Assembly: GCA_963669175.1 (NCBI GenBank)
Contig: OY769902.1
Coordinates: 4,352,001 to 4,416,000 of the forward strand
Direction: 5' to 3'
Length of the DNA: 64,000 nucleotides
DNA from: a bacterium
GTDB taxonomy: Bacteria > Electryoneota > Electryoneia > Electryoneales > Electryoneaceae
In this document: piece after piece, positions 10,192 to 19,490 of the stretch
Numbering within the stretch: the first letter of the stretch is position 1
Layout of the letters: each line of letters starts with the position of its first letter
Translations under genes and position numbers: made by a program
The notes under the pieces: model-generated
The model's input: the letters and a program-made list of their open reading frames with translations, nothing else
Told to the model about the DNA's origin: nothing
Database searches by the model: none

Positions 10192-10605
10192 CTACGCTTT
10201 TTTCTTGATCATGGTTAAAATCTTGTCGCCATTTTCTTCAACATGATATTCAACTTCATCCATAAGTTGTTTTACGAAGAAAATACCGAGGCCGCCGATG
10301 GAGCGTTCTTCCAGCGGCGCATCGGGGTCCGGCTCACGCACATTATCATAATCAAATGGCTTCCCACGCTCCCGCAAGCAAATCAGCAATTGATCTTCCT
10401 GTTCTTCCACTGTCAGGGAGAACGATTTGGACGGGTCTTTTTCAAGACCGTGTACGATCGTATTGGTGCAGGCTTCATCCACTGCCACCTGCACATCCGA
10501 AGCAGCCGTGTCATCAAGCCCAACACGATCACTCGCTTCCGCCACGAGCTGGCCAATGTCCGCCAGGATCGCGGTATCCGCCGGGAACTGGTACGTTTTA
10601 GTCAT
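10192..10605 (-). CDS. Anti-sigma factor / Ser-Thr kinase (RsbW-like HATPase)
   Basis: VAVDEACTNTIVHG N-box; GKPFD; GGLGIFFVKQLMDEV G2 box. Confidence 0.9.
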   Translation of the reverse strand: MTKTYQFPADTAILADIGQLVAEASDRVGLDDTAASDVQVAVDEACTNTIVHGLEKDPSKSFSLTVEEQEDQLLICLRERGKPFDYDNVREPDPDAPLEERSIGGLGIFFVKQLMDEVEYHVEENGDKILTMIKKKA

Positions 10606-10638
10606 ACGATGCCATCCGTTCCACACCGTAATGGTGTT

Positions 10639-10983
10639 CTACTGGAAGTCCGCTATCGCCTCATCCACAGTTGGGAAAAGCTTCAGGACACGATCCATGC
10701 CTGAGATTTCGAAAACACGCCTGACAGAATCCTGCAACGCTGCGATCTTCAGATCACCCGCCTTGTCCTGACGCAATGTTTTCACGATCACGAGCACAAC
10801 ACGAAGCCCGGCGCTGGCAATGAACGGCACCTTTTCCATGTCAAGCACCAACTTGCCATTACCACCATCAATTTTCGTCTTGAGGTATTGCTCCACCTTT
10901 CCCGACGTACCGGCGTCAAACCGGCCATCAAGGTGAACAATGACTACCTCGCCCTTCTGACTTTCCGAAATCGACATCTGCAT
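10639..10983 (-). CDS. STAS-domain anti-anti-sigma factor (RsbV/SpoIIAA-like)
   Basis: LDGRFDA, LVLDMEKVPFIASAGLRV with the phospho-acceptor Ser, VFEISG. Confidence 0.92.
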   Translation of the reverse strand: MQMSISESQKGEVVIVHLDGRFDAGTSGKVEQYLKTKIDGGNGKLVLDMEKVPFIASAGLRVVLVIVKTLRQDKAGDLKIAALQDSVRRVFEISGMDRVLKLFPTVDEAIADFQ

Positions 10984-11064
10984 GGCGTTACCTTCTTTTG
11001 TAACAGTGTATGTTGCAAAACTGAATGACAAGCTACCGCTGAATAATCAAACTGACATGATACT

Positions 11065-12012
11065 CTACAACTCGAGATGCAGACCTTCACTTGCCAGTAC
11101 AACCGCAAGTTTGCCGTCCTCGCTGCTCAGCTCACAATACTCCTGCGATTTATCCAGGATCTCCACCAGTTTCTTATCGTCATAAGCCGGTTCATGATGC
11201 GTCAACACCAGCAGTTCAACATTGGCTTCAACCGCAAAATCGATCCCGGTGAAGGAGTTGGAATGTCCCCAGTCCTCCTTCTCCACATTCTCCATGAAGG
11301 AATACTGCGCGTCAAAAATGACCACGTCCGCATTCTGGAAAAAGCGAATAATGGGCGTAACAGCATCCTCACTCAGGTCATTGTACTCGGAGTCGGTGCT
11401 GTACACAATCGATTTTCCCTGCCGGTTCAAACGATAGCCGTAACTGGAACCGGGGTGATTTTGAGTCTTGTTGACAACTTCAACATCACCGATCATGAAA
11501 CGTGTGTTCGGACGCAACTGGTGGAAAATGATGTTCGCGCCCATATCCGCAAGCGCTACCGGGAAAAACGGCGGCTGCTGCTGGGTACGGAAACGATATT
11601 CCAGATCCGGATGGACACCGTAGATATGAATGTTGTTGCCACGAATGTAGGCTGGGACAAAGAAGGGAAAACCTGCGATATGATCCCAGTGCGTGTGTGA
11701 CAGCAGGATATGCACATCCATGGGCTGCCCGCCTTTTCGACGCAACAGGTCCAGCCCCAACCGTCTCAACCCGGTGCCGGCGTCAAGAATAATTGTCTGG
11801 TCGCCTGCGATCACTTCATAGCAGGATGTGTCCCCGCCAGCCGTCTGTGTTACGTACCAGGGCAGTTCTTCCAGAAATCCCGGAATCTCGTCTTTCCGGG
11901 TAACACCGGCGTCCATCGCCCTTGACAGGGCATTTTCTATCTTCCAAAGAAGTTCGGAATTACTTAACGGAGCAGCGATTGAACCACGTACTCCCCAACA
12001 ATGGAGTTCCAT
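11065..12012 (-). CDS. MBL-fold metallo-hydrolase (putative phosphodiesterase)
   Basis: WGVRGSI, DAGTG, SHTHWDHIAG (HxHxDH), DAQY, WGHS and HHEP motifs. Confidence 0.88.
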   Translation of the reverse strand: MELHCWGVRGSIAAPLSNSELLWKIENALSRAMDAGVTRKDEIPGFLEELPWYVTQTAGGDTSCYEVIAGDQTIILDAGTGLRRLGLDLLRRKGGQPMDVHILLSHTHWDHIAGFPFFVPAYIRGNNIHIYGVHPDLEYRFRTQQQPPFFPVALADMGANIIFHQLRPNTRFMIGDVEVVNKTQNHPGSSYGYRLNRQGKSIVYSTDSEYNDLSEDAVTPIIRFFQNADVVIFDAQYSFMENVEKEDWGHSNSFTGIDFAVEANVELLVLTHHEPAYDDKKLVEILDKSQEYCELSSEDGKLAVVLASEGLHLEL

Positions 12013-12250
12013 GTTCCTCTCTTGCAGGATGGTATATCTGCGCCCTCTCCCGTGGGCACACCTAGCAAATGTAAACGCTTACGAGTTGCTGAGCAAGGGG
12101 ATTCGTTCCTGACACCTGTTAAATACGCTAAAATGCGGACTCTCTGCAAGACATTTTCTCTGCAATAGGGCCAGATCTCTTGTTAAAATACCTTTTGGTG
12201 CCGTACACTTTCAAATCACACCAATATTTCAACCACGCCAGGAGGTACGC

Positions 12251-13138
12251 ATGCGCATCCTGACTCGTGCCGATCTTGATGGCATTGTCGCCGCAGCCAT
12301 GATCATGGAACACGAAGAAGTCAACGATATCCTGTTCGTCCATCCCAAGGACATGCAAGACGGGCTGGTCGATGTTCAAAAGGGTGATATTCTTTCAAAC
12401 CTGCCGCTGCATCCCAACGCCAGCATGTGGTTTGACCACCATAACAAAGCTGAAGAAGTTGAAGAAATGCCGGACGGTGTGCGTGGTAAAGTCGGTGTCG
12501 CCGATTCCGCCGCACGTATCGTCTACGAGTATTACGGGAAAGCCAAGCTGAAACGTTATCGTGAGATGCTCGACGAAACCGACCGTCTCGACAGTGCAAC
12601 CCTGACTCACAAGGACGTCCTCGATCCCGACCGCTGGATCCTGTTGGGCTATACCCTGGACCCGCGCAGTGGATTCGGACGCTTCCGTGAGTATTCCATG
12701 GAGATCATCAACGCCATCCGTGAAGGCATGACCATCAACGAGATGCTGGAGCTGCCGGGCGCGAAAGCACGGATCGCCAAGTATTTCGAGGATCAGGAAG
12801 CCTTTAAGGCCGCACTGAGCAAACATACCAAAATGGTTGCGAATGTGTCGGTCACGGACTTCCGTGGCATAGCAGATGTCCCCAAGGGCAATCGTTTCAT
12901 GGTCTTCGCCCTGTTCGACCAGTGCAACATCAATGTCCGCCTCTACGACCACCGTGATGAGGATAAGGTCATGTGCGCGGTTGGCAAGAGCATCTTCGAC
13001 CGCTCCCACCCGACCCATGTCGGCCAACTGATGGACGAATACGGCGGCGGTGGCCTGCCCGGAGCCGGAACCTGCCCGATCCAGAAAGACAAGGCGGAGA
13101 AAACAATCAAGGAGATCATCGGAAGACTTACAGTGTAG
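12251..13138 (+). CDS. DHH-family phosphoesterase (exopolyphosphatase / nanoRNase-like)
   Basis: TRADLDG, HPKDMQDG, FDHH, SAAR and C-terminal GGGG motifs; AGGAGG RBS. Confidence 0.85.
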   Translation: MRILTRADLDGIVAAAMIMEHEEVNDILFVHPKDMQDGLVDVQKGDILSNLPLHPNASMWFDHHNKAEEVEEMPDGVRGKVGVADSAARIVYEYYGKAKLKRYREMLDETDRLDSATLTHKDVLDPDRWILLGYTLDPRSGFGRFREYSMEIINAIREGMTINEMLELPGAKARIAKYFEDQEAFKAALSKHTKMVANVSVTDFRGIADVPKGNRFMVFALFDQCNINVRLYDHRDEDKVMCAVGKSIFDRSHPTHVGQLMDEYGGGGLPGAGTCPIQKDKAEKTIKEIIGRLTV

Positions 13139-13144
13139 TTAGAT

Positions 13145-13214
13145 GAATTAGGAATTAGGAATTAGGAATTAGGAATTAGGAATTAAGAATTAAGAATTAG
13201 GAATTAGGAATTAA
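13145..13214 (+). repeat. Heptamer tandem repeat (GAATTAG/GAATTAA) x10
   Basis: Read directly; starts just after the DHH gene stop. Confidence 0.95.
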
Positions 13215-13251
13215 ACAGTTTTACATACATACTGTTGCATAACAAGTTTTG

Positions 13252-13340
13252 ATTGTATTGTATTGTATTGTATACCATTCTATCCTGTGATATGCCTGTG
13301 ATATGCCTGTAATTTACCTTTAATTTACCTTTAATTTACC
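13252..13340 (+). repeat. Cluster of short tandem repeats: (ATTGT)x4, (CCTGTGATATG)x2+, (TAATTTACCTT)x~3
   Basis: Read directly from the sequence. Confidence 0.85.
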
Positions 13341-13372
13341 CCTGCTTGCTTACAAGCAGGGGTAATTTTTTT
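13336..13372 (+). terminator. Intrinsic terminator
   Basis: TTACCCCTGCTTG-CTTA-CAAGCAGGGGTAA followed by a T-tract. Confidence 0.85.
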
Positions 13373-13630
13373 CTGAAAATGGATTTTCATTTATAGCTTT
13401 CAACAACACAATTGTCAGCCAGGGTGGCCTGATCCGCATGTGATGCAACTTCCATTATCGCTACGGCAGAAATACTCTTGCCTTATCAGGATTCAAGCCA
13501 GTCCTCATGAGCGCATCAGGACAAGGCGTTGTATTCCAGAAAATGATCTCACGATCTTTCCCTGTCCATCAGGTCGCCTGTTTCACTTACTATTAGGAAA
13601 TATTTCCGGTAGGTTTTCAGTTGATAGTGG

Positions 13631-14461
13631 TTACTTTTTCTTGTCCTTTTTCGTTGTATCTTTTTGTTTATCTTTAGGTTTAAGGTCAGGATGATACTGC
13701 ATCACCAGTTTCTGATATTGGACCACTGTACTACGTCCGAGTCCGGTAGTACGCACAATTTCCATCAGATTAAGTTCTTTGACCATCAGGAACTTGATGT
13801 TTTTGTAAGATCGCAAGTAACGACCCACCGCTTCAAGGGTATGCGTGGTCAAGCGAGCGATATCCGGTTCCGGATAGCCCTGTTCGTACAGGTCAATGAT
13901 TGCGGCCTTGTGTGTGGGACGGCTTCCCTGGTCCAACATGATTCCTTTCGTCGGCAGGATGTCATCATGCGTTTCGTGATACTGTTGGATGTACTTGCCA
14001 ATGGTCGTCAGCGACCGGTTCAACAACACACTCAATTCCGCGCCGCTTAATAACCCGCCTTGTTCGTACGCGCTTTTCACCAACCGCGCCAGCACTGCAA
14101 TATCCCTGTCGCGCTGTTTGCCCGCACCGTCTTTTCCATAGTGGCGACGAATACGATCAACCACATCTTCTTCAGTGACAAGCGGAAGAATGACGGTCTT
14201 CACCTCATAGTCTTCTACCCGTGTCCCATAGCTGGGCTTGTGGCACTGTGCACCTGTCGTACGCCACACAATACTGCCACCGCTGCGTTGCTCGATATCC
14301 GGATAGAACTCACGGTGCAGTTGCATGATGTCATCCGCCACCATGGCCAAGACCTTGTGGCTGCCAAGAATCTTGTACTGCTCTTCCAACAACCGGATGA
14401 TCGCAGTGCGAAAGTTCCGCTTCGGCAGGGATTCATAACGGTTCCGTACCTCAGTTTTCAT
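13631..14461 (-). CDS. DUF1670-like HTH protein B
   Basis: AYEQGGLLS...PTKG...DQGSRPTHKAAIIDLY...HTLEAVGRY; GGAGG RBS before ATG at 14461; overlaps the stop of gene A. Confidence 0.8.
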   Translation of the reverse strand: MKTEVRNRYESLPKRNFRTAIIRLLEEQYKILGSHKVLAMVADDIMQLHREFYPDIEQRSGGSIVWRTTGAQCHKPSYGTRVEDYEVKTVILPLVTEEDVVDRIRRHYGKDGAGKQRDRDIAVLARLVKSAYEQGGLLSGAELSVLLNRSLTTIGKYIQQYHETHDDILPTKGIMLDQGSRPTHKAAIIDLYEQGYPEPDIARLTTHTLEAVGRYLRSYKNIKFLMVKELNLMEIVRTTGLGRSTVVQYQKLVMQYHPDLKPKDKQKDTTKKDKKK

Positions 14462-15284
14462 GGACGCCTCCGCCACCTTGTCCCGCTCTTTTTTTTGAGG
14501 GATACTGTGCTTGCAACTGCTCCAGAAGTTCGACATAGCTTGTCGGCCAGTGATCACCCTGTTTGTATTTTGCAAACAGATCCAGGTACTCACCCGTCAA
14601 CCGTTCGCTCTGTTGAAGCAGACGGCTCAGGTCGGTCAGCTCGGTAATGTCATGGCTAAGCAGAAGCAACAAGCGTCCAAACGTACTCACATAGCGCTTG
14701 ATCGCAAACGCGCTGTGACGTGTCAGACGGATGATCTCATCATAGGTCCGGCCACCCAGGTACAAATCAACGATCCGTGCCTTGTGCGATAACCCACGCC
14801 CAATGTCATGGTCGTAGCCACGCGTATGCACCGTATTCCCGTCAGCAAGCAGCAACGCAATATCCTTGCGGATGGTCCGATCTGAAACGTGCAGCAGACG
14901 ACTCAGATCCTCCTGTGTCAGCAACCCACCCTGCTGGTACGTCTCTTCGGTTAGCCGAAGAATCCGTTGCTGACGAAGCGATGAAGCGCCCAGTTCGCGC
15001 AGAACATCCAAGTCCTCAACACCGTCATCCAGTGTCAGTTCGACACGAATCAGGTCTTGTTCGCGTAAGGGACGACCGTGACGAGCTTTCTTGGACGCAC
15101 ATAAAAAACGAAGCTTGCCAAGCGTTGACGGCATCGTACCGAACAAACAACGCTTGGCAAGCTCCAATATCCCCGTACTCGCAGCCGGTGAAAGCTCAAA
15201 CTCGCGACGAAGCGAGTTCACAAACACCTGCTCCGGCGTCTTCTCCATACACCGGTCATACAGGCTCGTTGAAGTATGTAACAT
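14451..15284 (-). CDS. DUF1670-like HTH protein A
   Basis: RLTEETYQQGGLLTQEDLSRLLHVSDRTIRKDI...HTRGYDHDIGRGLSHKARIVDLY...HSAFAIKRY; GGAGG RBS before ATG at 15284; paralogous to gene B. Confidence 0.82.
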   Translation of the reverse strand: MLHTSTSLYDRCMEKTPEQVFVNSLRREFELSPAASTGILELAKRCLFGTMPSTLGKLRFLCASKKARHGRPLREQDLIRVELTLDDGVEDLDVLRELGASSLRQQRILRLTEETYQQGGLLTQEDLSRLLHVSDRTIRKDIALLLADGNTVHTRGYDHDIGRGLSHKARIVDLYLGGRTYDEIIRLTRHSAFAIKRYVSTFGRLLLLLSHDITELTDLSRLLQQSERLTGEYLDLFAKYKQGDHWPTSYVELLEQLQAQYPSKKRAGQGGGGVHEN

Positions 15285-15383
15285 CTTGTCCTCCAGCATG
15301 TTACGCGATCGCTTCCGATTGCCAACCCGAATACAAAGGTCGCAAACAAGAAGCAAATCGCCAAACCTACCGGAAGTATTTCC

Positions 15384-17609
15384 TTATTTTAACAATATAA
15401 TTTTTCTGGTAAAAGTTTGTTTACGATAATCTATTTGAAGAAAGTAGGTGCCGCTGGCAAGATTGGGAGCTTCAGAATCAGTATTGAAAGTCCACCTGTT
15501 TTCGCCGGAAAGATAGTATTCTCCTGTTGAATACACCTGTTCACCCAGAATATTATATAGATTCATGGTTACAAAGCCTGATTCTGGAAGAGAGAAAACA
15601 ATAGTAACAGTAGAGTTAAATGGATTCGGGTAAATATCTGTCAATGCAAAAGTCGCAGGCACGTTGAAAGATAATTCATTGTCAATATTATCAAGATCAT
15701 ATGTGTAATATATAGCTATTCCGTCTGTAAAAGATGAGTTATAAATAATATTATTTGAACAATATATTCCAGCTGCACCCATTGGATAGTCAGGCAAGTA
15801 GTAGCCAAGTTTATTATAATGCATACTATCATCAAATTCCAATATGTAAATTGTATAATAATCTCGTATATTGGCTGACACACCAGCCATATACATTTTA
15901 TTTTCATACATAATCATATCATGTATTACTAATATACTATCAATACAAGCTTCTTCTGTAATATATTCACCATCATTACTATTTATTCTGGATATTTTTA
16001 TATATGGGTTATCATATGGATAATGTACGCAATATATAAAACCATTAGATGTATCAATATTACTGAACAATCCTTCTATGGGAATTTGTTCCGTAAAGAC
16101 CGGCAATACAGGATTACTGATATCATAAACAGCAATTCCTGAATCGTTTGCACAATAGGCAGTTGAATCAAGTATCGCATGAACAGCTTGCGGTTGGTCC
16201 ATTATGGTCAAACACTCCGGATTAGATGGATCGGAGACATCCATAATGGCTAACTGGTTGATTCCGGTCGTCACATAGATGTAGTCGCCAATCCCTTGAA
16301 TGAAACCGTTTGATCCGATGGGCTCTTCTGGGGCTGACAACAACTGGGGGTGGACAGGATCGCTGACATCGAAAATCAGTAATGGATGCGTCAAGTACAG
16401 AAAACCAGAATAGATTTGTGGAATACTTACTGTCATTAAATCTTCAATATGCAGATAATTTACAACTTCCGGAGCAGCGGGATCCGAAACGTCAAGTATC
16501 CAAAGATCCTTTGTTGCATCAACAGCGTATAGAATCGTATCCAGAATAGCCAGATCATAGATCGCATAAGGCGCAGCAAAATAGCCAATCTCATGGACCA
16601 GGTTCGGGTCGGTTATATCGAAACAACGTACCCCTCTTCGGTCATCACTGATATACGCAATATCATCTTCTACACTTAGTTGCGAGGCTCGATAGAACAC
16701 TGGATTCATGGTAAACAGACTGTCAGGCATGGTTGGATCGCTGATATCAAGAGCAAGCATTCCCTTGGAATGACCATAAATGTCTTCAGACAGGCCGATA
16801 AAGGCCAGCGTATCATAAATGTCAATTTGCCAGGCAATATAATTCAGGCAGTATTCGGCTAATTCAACCGGGTTCAGCGGATTACGAATATCGTACGATT
16901 TTACTATTGTAGAGTCGCCCATCCAACAGGTCAGCCAGGCAACACTGTCCTTGATGGCAATTTCCCGGACATCTTCCAAGGCGATGGTTGACACGGCATG
17001 AGGCACTGATGGATCACTGACATCAACCACCTTACAGCCGGAATCTTCCGCAGTAACAAATAGATAATCGCCCAACACATCAATACAACTGACTGTCGCA
17101 CAAAATGGGCCAAGATAATAACCGATTTGCGTTGGATTTGCTGGATCAACAATATCAACAATAACTGTTTCACGATCACTTTGCATGAACAGTAGCGAAT
17201 CCTGCAGGATAATTCTATCAAGATTGCCGTTGAACAGAATATGGCCGATTAGCGCGATATCAGAAGGATTGCTGACGTTGAAGATGTATAAACCTGGTAC
17301 AGTTGCCATATCATCATTGGCAAACACGGCATAAGCCAGAGAATCCCGCACCACAACATCCTTGCAAGTGGCATCGCAGATAAACGAGTCCAGTTCAGTG
17401 GGGTTGGTCGGGTCGGAGACATCCAGAACACGCAGGCCGGTCCAGTAGGTGGCGACACAGGCAATGTCATCCTGTACATCCAACCCGAAAGCAAAGCTCC
17501 AGTTGTGATGCACCTGTGACAGCAGGCTGACATTCAAGCTGTCCTGACCGAATGACAACAGCGGACAGAATAATAAAAGTATCATCACGTATCTGAATAA
17601 AACCTTCAT
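15384..17609 (-). CDS. Secreted LVIVD-repeat beta-propeller protein with T9SS-type C-terminal domain
   Basis: Many (V/I)(L/F)D(V/I)S(D/N)P-x-x-P repeats; signal peptide; IYPNPFN...GTYFLQI...RKIILLK. Confidence 0.9.
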   Translation of the reverse strand: MKVLFRYVMILLLFCPLLSFGQDSLNVSLLSQVHHNWSFAFGLDVQDDIACVATYWTGLRVLDVSDPTNPTELDSFICDATCKDVVVRDSLAYAVFANDDMATVPGLYIFNVSNPSDIALIGHILFNGNLDRIILQDSLLFMQSDRETVIVDIVDPANPTQIGYYLGPFCATVSCIDVLGDYLFVTAEDSGCKVVDVSDPSVPHAVSTIALEDVREIAIKDSVAWLTCWMGDSTIVKSYDIRNPLNPVELAEYCLNYIAWQIDIYDTLAFIGLSEDIYGHSKGMLALDISDPTMPDSLFTMNPVFYRASQLSVEDDIAYISDDRRGVRCFDITDPNLVHEIGYFAAPYAIYDLAILDTILYAVDATKDLWILDVSDPAAPEVVNYLHIEDLMTVSIPQIYSGFLYLTHPLLIFDVSDPVHPQLLSAPEEPIGSNGFIQGIGDYIYVTTGINQLAIMDVSDPSNPECLTIMDQPQAVHAILDSTAYCANDSGIAVYDISNPVLPVFTEQIPIEGLFSNIDTSNGFIYCVHYPYDNPYIKISRINSNDGEYITEEACIDSILVIHDMIMYENKMYMAGVSANIRDYYTIYILEFDDSMHYNKLGYYLPDYPMGAAGIYCSNNIIYNSSFTDGIAIYYTYDLDNIDNELSFNVPATFALTDIYPNPFNSTVTIVFSLPESGFVTMNLYNILGEQVYSTGEYYLSGENRWTFNTDSEAPNLASGTYFLQIDYRKQTFTRKIILLK

Positions 17610-18165
17610 CCGTTCGATCCTTCCGTGCATTGAAATATCATTGTGTAAAAAGTATCATACTCTACCTCTACATGCAACTCAATCAAGATTATATTACTTG
17701 TTTGTACGTTGAAGGAGCCTGTTGCCGATTAAGAGAACCCGAATCACTGTTTCCTCTTTTCTTTAAAAGAAAATCCTGATTGACTCGTCAAATGTGCGTA
17801 TCCTTCGGAAACAATTGGTGTGGAAGCCTTTGTATTCCCGGCGCTTACGCACCACGCTATTCAAGTGTCACCTCTTCGAGGTGATTTGGCCGCCTTTACC
17901 ATTAAGTACATAGTATCCAGCCAGTGGTTTACCCAATCGATACAGCGAATAGCCCTATTTATAACCGACGCGCCTTCACTGCATTCCCGCTACGGATAAC
18001 ACTGAGCAGCTATGCACGTCCCATCCCGATAACTGCGATTCCCGGGTTGCTTGATTACCTGAAAGAAGTCTATCATATAGTGGATAGATGGAATTCTTCA
18101 CTAACCATCTGAACAGATCAAGCGAGTTTATTGCACAGTGAGAACATCAACCGGAAAGCCCGACG

Positions 18166-19407
18166 ATGATTGACTTGAACCGTAAAAAACACCGCAACTT
18201 CGTGATAATCAGCGTCGTGTTGATCGCGCTGACGGCATGGCTTGCCAGCGGCTACCTGGTTCGGAAAAAGGAGCCGAATCAGGAAGCCTTGCGGGCGGGC
18301 ATCATTGAAGCCACAGCATATCTGGATACGGCGTGTGATTCGTCAGGACGGTTTGCTTACCGGATTCATCTCGACAAAGAACTTCGCATCGGACGTGAAT
18401 ACAACATGTTGCGTCATGCCGGTTCCATTTATTCCATGTGCATGGCCCAGGAAGTCAATCCTACGGACGCCAACCGTGACGCGATCCTGCGGGCCATCAA
18501 TTATATGCGAACCACATCATTATCGCCTGTCGAGGGAAATGATTCCATCCTCGCAGTGTGGACATTACCGCACATCACCGGCTATCCCCTGAAAGCCAAA
18601 CTGGGCGGCGCCGGGCTCGGGTTGATCGCCATGGCCAGCACGGAAAGCCTGTTCCCGGGGACTGTGCCATTGGAAGAAATGCAGGGTTTGGCGCGTTTCA
18701 TCCAATTCATGCAACGCGAGAATGGGGCTTTCAACTCGTACTACTACGCAGACCAGGGACCGGACACTACCTCAACTTCGCAGTATTACCCCGGCGAAGC
18801 GGCTTTGGGACTGATATTGTTGTACGAACTGGACGGAAATACAGAGTGGCTGGAAATCGCACTGAACGGTATCGGTTACCTTGCGAACGAACGTGATGGG
18901 GCGTGGCTGGTTGAGCCGGATCATTGGTCCCTGCTGGCGACTGCGCGCTTGTGGCCGCACTACGACCAGATTGAGAATCCACGATACACTCGTGAAGACC
19001 TGCTGAATCATACGCAACAGATTGTCAGCACAATCCTGATCTGGAAATCCTGGTACCGTGCCATCCACTTCACACCGCCGGGCTGTTTTGTCGCCTGGGG
19101 GGCCATTACACCGACAGCCACCCGGATGGAAGGATTGCTGGCCGCGCTGACCTACCTGCCCGAGGATGAGGACCGTTCTCTGCGCATGTACACCCGAAAG
19201 GCTGTAGGTGAGGGCGCTGGATTCCTGCTGTCAGCCCAGATCAAAAATGGGCCATACAAGGGCGCTATGCCCCATTCGGCAAAGAAATTGTGGTTCTACC
19301 TCCCCATCCAGAAAATCGGAAAACGTAACGCACGAGTACACGAAGTTCGCATTGACTATGTTCAACATTCCTTGAGCGCGATGGTGCGGCTGTATCAATT
19401 GAAGTAA
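18166..19407 (+). CDS. Membrane-anchored protein, probable (alpha/alpha)-toroid fold, function unknown
   Basis: N-terminal TM helix; motifs YNMLRHAG, KLGGAGL, YYPGEA and VRIDYVQH. Family recognised from memory; activity not assignable. Confidence 0.6.
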   Translation: MIDLNRKKHRNFVIISVVLIALTAWLASGYLVRKKEPNQEALRAGIIEATAYLDTACDSSGRFAYRIHLDKELRIGREYNMLRHAGSIYSMCMAQEVNPTDANRDAILRAINYMRTTSLSPVEGNDSILAVWTLPHITGYPLKAKLGGAGLGLIAMASTESLFPGTVPLEEMQGLARFIQFMQRENGAFNSYYYADQGPDTTSTSQYYPGEAALGLILLYELDGNTEWLEIALNGIGYLANERDGAWLVEPDHWSLLATARLWPHYDQIENPRYTREDLLNHTQQIVSTILIWKSWYRAIHFTPPGCFVAWGAITPTATRMEGLLAALTYLPEDEDRSLRMYTRKAVGEGAGFLLSAQIKNGPYKGAMPHSAKKLWFYLPIQKIGKRNARVHEVRIDYVQHSLSAMVRLYQLK

Positions 19408-19490
19408 ATAAAGTAAAGAAGGTAAAAAAGGTAAAGAAAGTGATAGCTAACAAAGTCTTCTATTCCATTAATCATCTTCAACACTCTAAC

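Larger units (their letters stand above)
13595..15384 (-). mobile_element. IS-like element with two DUF1670-like genes, 22-bp TIRs and a TATT target-site duplication
   Basis: Left end AGGAAATATTTCCGGTAGGTTT (13595-13616); right end AAACCTACCGGAAGTATTTCCT (15363-15384), reverse complement AGGAAATACTTCCGGTAGGTTT; TATT at 13591-13594 and 15385-15388. Confidence 0.85.

Noticed and set aside
13480-13522. Resemblance to enterobacterial REP (CCTTATCAGG, GCATCAGG)
   Set aside because: The two half-motifs are in direct rather than inverted orientation and there is no GTAG end.
17700-18112. Possible RNA gene or small ORF, including the hairpin TCACCTC-TTC-GAGGTGA
   Set aside because: No tRNA cloverleaf or recognisable RNA family; the 62-aa ORF lacks support.
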